64,000 nt of DNA from an uncultured Candidatus Saccharibacteria bacterium (GTDB lineage Bacteria > Patescibacteriota > Minisyncoccia > Phycocordibacterales > DATDWN01): assembly GCA_964597675.1 (NCBI GenBank), contig CAZQYV010000003.1, positions 12,338-76,337 of the forward strand. The letters run 5' to 3'. The notes below the pieces were generated by a model. It was not told the origin of the DNA, did not search any database, and saw nothing but the letters and a program-made list of their open reading frames with translations. Shown here one piece after another: positions 57,876 through 64,000 of this stretch. Positions within the stretch are counted from its first letter, which is position 1; the number at the start of each line of letters is the position of its first letter. A program made the translations under genes and the position numbers.

Positions 57876-58847
57876 CTACACCACTACCTTGTTTTTGACC
57901 TCCTGCCCTTCAAAAAATTCAATTAGATTCTGTGCAGCCATCACTGCCATGTTGTCGCGGGCAATATCTGTGGCAGAGGCAATATGTGGAGTCAAAATGA
58001 CATTTGGTAATGTATCAAGTCCAGATGCAATAACTGGCTCATTTTCGTAGACATCGAGGGCAGCCCCCGCAATAAGTCCCTCGCGGAGGGCTACAACCAA
58101 AGAATCCTCTTCGACGACCGGTCCTCGTGATGTATTGATCAAAATCGCTGTCTTTTTCATCATCTTGAAATGCTCACGGTTTAATAAATGTTTTGTTGTT
58201 GGTAACAGTGGCACATGGATAGAAACAACATCCGCTATTGGCAAAACCTCCTCGACTGACGATACATACACTGCTCCACATTCGTGCTCGAGTACTTCAT
58301 TGCGACGTGTATCATAATAGACAACTTTCATACCAAGCCCTTTTGAAAGCATACGCGCTGCTTCGGAGCCAATACGTCCTGCACCAAGAAGGCCAAGTGT
58401 TTTACCCGACAATTCTGTGCCAAGAAAAATATATGGATCCCAACCTTTGTATTTACCATCACGCATAAATTGATCAGCATCAATCAACTTGTGAGTCAGA
58501 GCAAGAATAACCGCCACAGTAAATTCCGCTACAGCAGATGTTGAAGCTCCTGGTGTATTTGCTACCACAATTCCACGCTTGTCTGCCTCTACCACATCCA
58601 CATTATTAAAACCAACCGCGTAATTTGAAACAATTTTTGCAGATGGTACAGCATCAAACACTTCGGCATCAACATGCTCGGTCAAGAGCGTCAAAATTCC
58701 ATCATATGGTTTTGCACGGAGGGCAGCAAGTAATTCATCGCGTGGAATAACCTGATTTTCCATGTACATGTCTATCTCATAACCCTTCTCTTTCAACATA
58801 TTGATTCCAACATCTGGAATCTTGCGCGTGATGTATATTTTTTTCAT
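57876..58847 (-). CDS. D-isomer-specific 2-hydroxyacid dehydrogenase (glycerate/hydroxypyruvate reductase-like)
   Basis: 323 aa; NAD-binding GLLGAGRIGSEAA; catalytic Arg/Glu/His pattern of the D-2-HADH family. Confidence 0.8.
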   Translation of the reverse strand: MKKIYITRKIPDVGINMLKEKGYEIDMYMENQVIPRDELLAALRAKPYDGILTLLTEHVDAEVFDAVPSAKIVSNYAVGFNNVDVVEADKRGIVVANTPGASTSAVAEFTVAVILALTHKLIDADQFMRDGKYKGWDPYIFLGTELSGKTLGLLGAGRIGSEAARMLSKGLGMKVVYYDTRRNEVLEHECGAVYVSSVEEVLPIADVVSIHVPLLPTTKHLLNREHFKMMKKTAILINTSRGPVVEEDSLVVALREGLIAGAALDVYENEPVIASGLDTLPNVILTPHIASATDIARDNMAVMAAQNLIEFFEGQEVKNKVVV

Positions 58848-58855
58848 GAGTAGTT

Positions 58856-59722
58856 TTATTGGTGTGTAAATGTTTTCAATTTTTTCTCAACAACATCTTG
58901 AATTGCCTGTACTGCAGGACGCAAAAATTTGTATGGTGCAACTTCATCTGGGTTTTCTGCAAGAGATCTCATAATACCCTGCTTGTATGCAACCCGAATT
59001 TCAGTATTGATATGGACGATAGCAATTCCCCGTTCGATAGATGCTGTAAAATCGTCTTCTGAATTACCCGACCCACCATGAAGGACTAATGGAACTCCGA
59101 CTGCCCTCGCAATATCACCTACACGCTCGATATCTAATTTTGGATCTACTCCACCACGTAACATGCCGTGCATATTGCCAACCGCTGGAGCAAGCATATC
59201 CACTCCTGTCGCCTCGACAAACTCTTTTGCTTTTTCTGGATCAGTCAGATTTTTTTCATCAAGCAAAACTCCGTCGGGAATACTGTCGAGAAGTTTTGAT
59301 GATGTTCCAATATAACCAAGCTCACCTTCCACCAACACATCTCTGCCACACCCGCGTGCATATGCCACACATTGTTTTGTAATCGCAACATTTTCTTCAA
59401 ATGATAATTGTGCTCCATCGAAAATGACTGAATCAAATCCGGCATCAATCACCTCTTTTACCCTATCAAATGAATATGTGTGATCTGCATTGAGAAAAAT
59501 AGGATAGTTGAATTGCTCGCGTAAACTTCCGACCAATGTCACAACCTGTGGTATGCCAATAAAATCACGTTCACCTTCGGATACACCGATAATAATAGGC
59601 AGATCGAGTGACTGCGCAGCACGAAAAACGCCCCACAACCCCTCGATATTTGAAATATTAAAATGTCCAATTGCTATTTTTTTCTCTCTCGCCTCGGCGA
59701 CATATTCACGTAATGTTTTCAT
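58856..59722 (-). CDS. fba: Class II fructose-bisphosphate aldolase
   Basis: Start placed at MKTLREYVAEAREKKIAIGHFN (59722); ..HGGSG.. and Zn-binding His pattern; ORF extends 43 codons upstream without conservation. Confidence 0.85.
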   Translation of the reverse strand: MKTLREYVAEAREKKIAIGHFNISNIEGLWGVFRAAQSLDLPIIIGVSEGERDFIGIPQVVTLVGSLREQFNYPIFLNADHTYSFDRVKEVIDAGFDSVIFDGAQLSFEENVAITKQCVAYARGCGRDVLVEGELGYIGTSSKLLDSIPDGVLLDEKNLTDPEKAKEFVEATGVDMLAPAVGNMHGMLRGGVDPKLDIERVGDIARAVGVPLVLHGGSGNSEDDFTASIERGIAIVHINTEIRVAYKQGIMRSLAENPDEVAPYKFLRPAVQAIQDVVEKKLKTFTHQ

Positions 59723-59828
59723 ATATTCTATTATATAAAAAAGTACCCCGCCTGGATAGCCCAGACGAGGTAGACCTTTTGTACACACAGTCAAGTGCAC
59801 CCCACTATACGTATGGTACAATACTCTC

Positions 59829-60809
59829 ATGACTAGAGATATTCTCGCCATTGGCGATATTGTGACAGACGCATTTATTAGACTAAAAGAAGCAGAGGTA
59901 CATTGTCAGATCGACACAGAAGCCTGTAAAATTTCCCTAGATTTTGGAAGTAAGATTCCTTATGAATATGCCGAGATTGCAAAAGCGGTCGGCAACAGTG
60001 CAAACGCTGCTGTCTCTGCCGCACGACTCGGGCTTTCATCCGCGCTCCTCGCGTACGTCGGAGATGACGAAGAGGGTGCACAATGTATCGCAGAGCTTGG
60101 AAAAAATAATGTTGAGACATCTCATATCCGTACTGAAGCAGGTAAACACAGCAACTACCACTATGTCCTCTGGTATGCAGCAGACCGAACAATTCTCGTC
60201 CGTCACGAAGCCTTTACATATGACCTCGGTGTCATAGAAACTCCCCGATGGATATATCTTAGTTCTCTTGGAAACAATTCCCTGTCATTTCACAATCAAA
60301 TATCAGACTATCTTGATCTGCACCCAGAGGTAAAACTTGCATTTCAACCAGGAACATTCCAGATCAAAATTGGTAGAGATGAATTGAAACGAATCTATGC
60401 TCGGACAGAAATATTCTTTTCTAACGTCGAAGAGGCTCAAACAATACTCGGCGAGACATCTCGTGATCTACCAACACTTCTCCGTGGAATTCAAGCCCTG
60501 GGTCCAAAATACACAGTTATTACAGACCAAATCAAAGGTGCATATGCATATGATGGTACAACCATGTGGTACATGCCGATCTACCCAGGAGATGCATTTG
60601 AGCGTACGGGTGCGGGAGATGCATTTTCATCTACTATTATGTCTGCCCTAGCCCTCGACATACCATTTGTGGACGCCCTTCGTTGGGGACCAGTCAATTC
60701 TGCGTTTGTTATCAAATACGTCGGTGCACAAAAAGGACTCCTGACACGAGGAGAGTTGGAAAAGTATTTGTCAGAAGCACCTGCAGATTACCACCCACAA
60801 GAAATGTAG
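59829..60809 (+). CDS. PfkB-family carbohydrate/nucleoside kinase
   Basis: 326 aa; N-terminal GG-like ..ILAIGDIVTD..; C-terminal ..TGAGDAFSS.. anion-hole motif. Confidence 0.8.
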   Translation: MTRDILAIGDIVTDAFIRLKEAEVHCQIDTEACKISLDFGSKIPYEYAEIAKAVGNSANAAVSAARLGLSSALLAYVGDDEEGAQCIAELGKNNVETSHIRTEAGKHSNYHYVLWYAADRTILVRHEAFTYDLGVIETPRWIYLSSLGNNSLSFHNQISDYLDLHPEVKLAFQPGTFQIKIGRDELKRIYARTEIFFSNVEEAQTILGETSRDLPTLLRGIQALGPKYTVITDQIKGAYAYDGTTMWYMPIYPGDAFERTGAGDAFSSTIMSALALDIPFVDALRWGPVNSAFVIKYVGAQKGLLTRGELEKYLSEAPADYHPQEM

Positions 60810-60826
60810 TTCGCACCACACTTCGC

Positions 60827-61069
60827 TTACTTTTCTTTTCTTATATATGAAAATCGAGGAACTAATTTACCCGAGACAGGATCTTTCGCTTTCTCAAAAA
60901 ACATTTTGTATGGTCTCACACATAAATCAGCAAAATCTGATCTATACAATGGTTTATATATAACCATCCATTCTTCTGTCTCTGTGTGTCTGGCAACACT
61001 TTGAACATCATAGAACTTATGATTTTTGAAATGCTGATATATCCCTTTTTTTAATTTTGGTTTCTTCAT
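60827..61069 (-). CDS. DUF1653-family small protein
   Basis: ..KKGIYQHFKNHKFYDV..ARHTETEEWMVIYKPLY.. matches DUF1653 pattern; start placed at MKKPKLKK (61069) to avoid overlap with tkt C-terminal subunit. Confidence 0.6.
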   Translation of the reverse strand: MKKPKLKKGIYQHFKNHKFYDVQSVARHTETEEWMVIYKPLYRSDFADLCVRPYKMFFEKAKDPVSGKLVPRFSYIRKEK

Positions 61070-61070
61070 G

Positions 61071-62069
61071 TTATTTCTTACGTGCCAATACATTCATGAC
61101 TGCTGCTTGGATATGTGACTCACCCATGCCGTAGTGTTGGAGCAATTCATCCGGCGTGCCACTTTGTCCAAACTGATCGCGAACACCAACAAAAGCAATA
61201 GGTGTGGGTAAATTTTCTGCTAGATATTCAGAGACCGCACTTCCCAACCCCCCTGCAACCTGATGTTCCTCGACAGTCACTAATGCACGTGTTGTGTCTG
61301 CAATCATAAACACTGCTTCGGTATCGAGCGGTTTAATTGTGGAGACATTCAATACTTTGACTGATACCCCCTTCTTCTTGAGTGCTTCTGCGACCTTGAG
61401 CGCTCGGAATACCAATGCACCTGTTGCAATAATACCGACATCAGCACGTCCTGTTTCTCCACCATAGTACAACTGCGCTTTCCCGATCTGAAATGAGGTC
61501 TCTTCTGTTGTAATAACTGGCGTCTTTTCTCGAGCAAGGCGCAGGTACACAGGACTACCAAGTTCTGCTGCAGCAAGTGTTGCCTTATGTGCCTCGATAT
61601 AATCACAAGGAGAAATTACTGTCATGTTTGGAATAACTCGGGTGATAGCAATATCTTCGATTGCCTGATGTGTACCACCGTCTGGACCAACTGAAACACC
61701 TGCATGTGACCCCGCAATAACAACTGCTCGGTCGTTGTAACAAATTGTAGTACGAATCTGCTCCCAGTTTCTGCCGGGGCTAAACATTGCATAACTTGTA
61801 ATAAAAGGAATCTTGCCCATGGCAGACATGCCACTCGCAACTGATGCGAGATTTTGTTCAGCTACACCTATTTCAATAAATCGCTCGGGAAATTTTTGTT
61901 TGAACAAATGCATCTGAGTTGACTCTGTCAGATCCGCACAGAGCCCAACAACATCAGGATTTTTTTCACCTGCCTCTACAAGACCCATACCAAAACCCTT
62001 GCGAATTGGTACCCGCTCGACATCTTTGTTAAAGATATGTGGATTTAGTTTTTGTGATGGATTGAGCAT
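61071..62069 (-). CDS. Transketolase, C-terminal (pyrimidine-binding) subunit
   Basis: 332 aa; split-transketolase C-terminal half. Confidence 0.88.
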   Translation of the reverse strand: MLNPSQKLNPHIFNKDVERVPIRKGFGMGLVEAGEKNPDVVGLCADLTESTQMHLFKQKFPERFIEIGVAEQNLASVASGMSAMGKIPFITSYAMFSPGRNWEQIRTTICYNDRAVVIAGSHAGVSVGPDGGTHQAIEDIAITRVIPNMTVISPCDYIEAHKATLAAAELGSPVYLRLAREKTPVITTEETSFQIGKAQLYYGGETGRADVGIIATGALVFRALKVAEALKKKGVSVKVLNVSTIKPLDTEAVFMIADTTRALVTVEEHQVAGGLGSAVSEYLAENLPTPIAFVGVRDQFGQSGTPDELLQHYGMGESHIQAAVMNVLARKK

Positions 62070-62072
62070 ATG

Positions 62073-62969
62073 TTATTCATGTTCACTTGTTATCTGACCA
62101 CCGAGTGTTCGTAATTCACGCAAGGCGATCCGAGCTTGCTCTTCTTTTGGTGGCTCGCCGGCAATGTCTGTCCCTGGTGGGTTACCATGCCACTTGAAAT
62201 CCCGCTCCATAAAGGAAACACCTTTGCCAGGAATTGTCCGCGCGATAATTACACTTGGTCCATCAAACACCGCCTGCGCCTCACCAAAGCCACGAATTAT
62301 GTCGGTAAAATTATGACCATCAACCTCGATTGTATGCCATCCAAAACTCTCAAATTTATGTCGGAGCGACTCGAGAGGCATGACGTCTTCGGTATACCCA
62401 TCAATCTGAATATTATTTCGATCCACAATGGCGATCAATTTTCCAAGACGCTCTTTACCTGCAAGCATAATCGCCTCCCAGTTCTGACCTTCATCTAACT
62501 CACCATCACCCAAAAGACAATAAAAAAATCTGTCGGAATCTTTACCACGATCCATCCGATCAACGATAGCCATACCAACTGCCTGTGAAAGACCGGCGCC
62601 AAGTGGACCCGAACTGGTTTCGAGCATTGGCAAGAATTCTCTGTGTGGATGGCCTTGCAATCGAGACTTAAATTTTCGCAAGGTCAACAACTCGGAAACA
62701 GGAAAATACCCTGCATGTGCCATTGTGGCATACAAAACTGGTGCAATATGTCCGTTGGATAAAATAATTCTGTCACGCCCTGGCCATGTCGGTGTTTTCG
62801 GATCATGTTTTGCAATATGAAAATAAAGTGCAGTGAAAATATCTGCCATACCAAGAGGTCCTGCCGAGTGTCCTGAACCAGCTGCAACAAGCATCTCGAT
62901 AATTGAGACACGAATATCTCGCGCCTTATCCTCCAACATTTTTATTTTTTCATCTGTGAGTTGAATCAT
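62073..62969 (-). CDS. Transketolase, N-terminal (TPP-binding) subunit
   Basis: 298 aa; ..GSGHSAGPLGMADI.. and GDGE..EG TPP motif. Confidence 0.88.
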   Translation of the reverse strand: MIQLTDEKIKMLEDKARDIRVSIIEMLVAAGSGHSAGPLGMADIFTALYFHIAKHDPKTPTWPGRDRIILSNGHIAPVLYATMAHAGYFPVSELLTLRKFKSRLQGHPHREFLPMLETSSGPLGAGLSQAVGMAIVDRMDRGKDSDRFFYCLLGDGELDEGQNWEAIMLAGKERLGKLIAIVDRNNIQIDGYTEDVMPLESLRHKFESFGWHTIEVDGHNFTDIIRGFGEAQAVFDGPSVIIARTIPGKGVSFMERDFKWHGNPPGTDIAGEPPKEEQARIALRELRTLGGQITSEHE

Positions 62970-62995
62970 AGATTATGTAAGAAAATCTCTTTCTC

Positions 62996-63090
62996 AGCAT
63001 ACCTTTTTTGGAGCACGGATATTTTTCTGCTGAAAAATTCCTCAAGTCTCGGCTACCCGCCTTGCGAAGTCTCCAAAAAAGATATCGCTT
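62996..63090. repeat. Long-hairpin intergenic element, family A, copy 3 (diverged; about 30 nt upstream of tkt)
   Basis: CATACCTTTTTTGGAGCACGG....GCGAAGTCTCCAAAAAAGATATCG; shares both terminal arms (GGCATACC-T5-GGAGCAC / GAAGTCTCC-A5) with copies 1 and 2 but has a different core. Confidence 0.55.
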
Positions 63091-63122
63091 CAACGAGATT
63101 TTATGTGTGTAACAAATTTAAA

Positions 63123-63788
63123 TTACCTCTCCAATATGTTAAATACTTCTTCCGGATCGTCCGCATCAAGAATTGCAGAACCGACAATTAATTTTGATGC
63201 GCCTGCCGAGACGAGAGATGGTGCGGTATCTTCTGTGACTCCAATATCAACACTTATTATACGCTCCGGATACAGCTCATGCAATTTTTCTATTTTTTCA
63301 AAAACTATTTCATCAAGCTCGACACCATGGCGACCGAGTGCATTTGATCCCATACACTGGATACAATCAACATCTGCAACATATGGAGCAATCGTATCAA
63401 TATCTGTAGAGGGTTTAAGTGCAATAGAAAGTGCGACATTGTGTGTTCGACAAAGATCGATTATTTTTTCCATATCGTCTACTGCTTCAATATGTACCAC
63501 AAGAGATGTAATACCTGTATATATCCAATCCTCGACAATATTTTCTGGTGAAGAAACCATAAGATGAACTTCAATATCAACATCCTCCCAACATGGCCAT
63601 CCTACCTCCTCTGCTTTGAGTGCATCAAAATAATCTGTATCATGGCCGTTGTATGGCCATGTAGGGTATGGAGTGAACACGCCATCTGAAATATCTATTT
63701 GAACGAGTGGAGCAAACCGAGACACTTTTTTTATCTCTTCTTCCATCTGCTCTCGTGTCCGTGGAATAATTGCTGGTACAACAATCAT
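63123..63788 (-). CDS. rpe: Ribulose-phosphate 3-epimerase-like (TIM barrel) with an about 30-aa insertion
   Basis: 221 aa; ..VQIDISDGVF.. and ..EVHLMV.. Rpe metal-ligand motifs; insertion PYPTWPYNGHDTDYFDALKAEEVGWPCWED between beta1 and beta2. Confidence 0.7.
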   Translation of the reverse strand: MIVVPAIIPRTREQMEEEIKKVSRFAPLVQIDISDGVFTPYPTWPYNGHDTDYFDALKAEEVGWPCWEDVDIEVHLMVSSPENIVEDWIYTGITSLVVHIEAVDDMEKIIDLCRTHNVALSIALKPSTDIDTIAPYVADVDCIQCMGSNALGRHGVELDEIVFEKIEKLHELYPERIISVDIGVTEDTAPSLVSAGASKLIVGSAILDADDPEEVFNILER

Positions 63789-64000
63789 AAATTTAAAATT
63801 AAAATATCAAAAAATCAAAATTATAATTCAAAATCAAAAAATTTTATTTTTAATTTGTAATTTTCCATTTTGATTTTTACACTTTTACTTTACTAATGTA
63901 TCTATTTTTTTAATACGACGAACATGCCGCGCTTCGTTGGAAAATGATGTATGAAGCCACAATTCAACAGCTTGAACTGCCTCCTGTGTTGTTATAAAAT

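Overview
The window is a 64 kb AT-rich stretch (about 38% GC by eye) of a small bacterial chromosome. Its compact, streamlined gene architecture suggests a reduced-genome lineage, possibly candidate-phyla-radiation (CPR)-like, but that is inference only. TGA is used as a stop codon (hisS ends ..AAATGA, overlapping the next ATG), so the standard bacterial genetic code applies.

The core is dense housekeeping. I identify eno, typA/bipA, truB, hisS, uppP, the dnaG-rpoD macromolecular synthesis operon, rpoB-rpoC, trmD with a KH-domain protein and rpsP, rnr, a short SMC, rnc, a NusB-Nudix fusion, rpmF, rnhB, dnaE, thrS, gyrB, a single-chain mitochondrial-type PheRS, rpsB-tsf, prfA, rpmE, rplY, fba, a split transketolase, rpe, and one tRNA-Thr(UGU).

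Several things are not ordinary:
- A roughly 650 bp GC-rich structured-RNA island (7.56-8.23 kb, minus strand) carries RNase P RNA-like conserved motifs.
- A roughly 95 bp GC-rich long-hairpin intergenic element recurs upstream of rpoB, rpsB and tkt, with a related copy upstream of rnc.
- Three compositionally foreign GC-rich genes look like recent horizontal gene transfer (HGT): a flotillin at about 57% GC, and two orphan proteins of about 240 aa with no recognisable domains.
- There is a promoter-to-terminator small-RNA candidate between smc and rnc.
- There is a putative SOS operon (GAAC-N4-GTTC box, small ORF, lexA, membrane protein) downstream of a PIF1-family helicase and tspO.

I found no CRISPR array, transposase or integrase.
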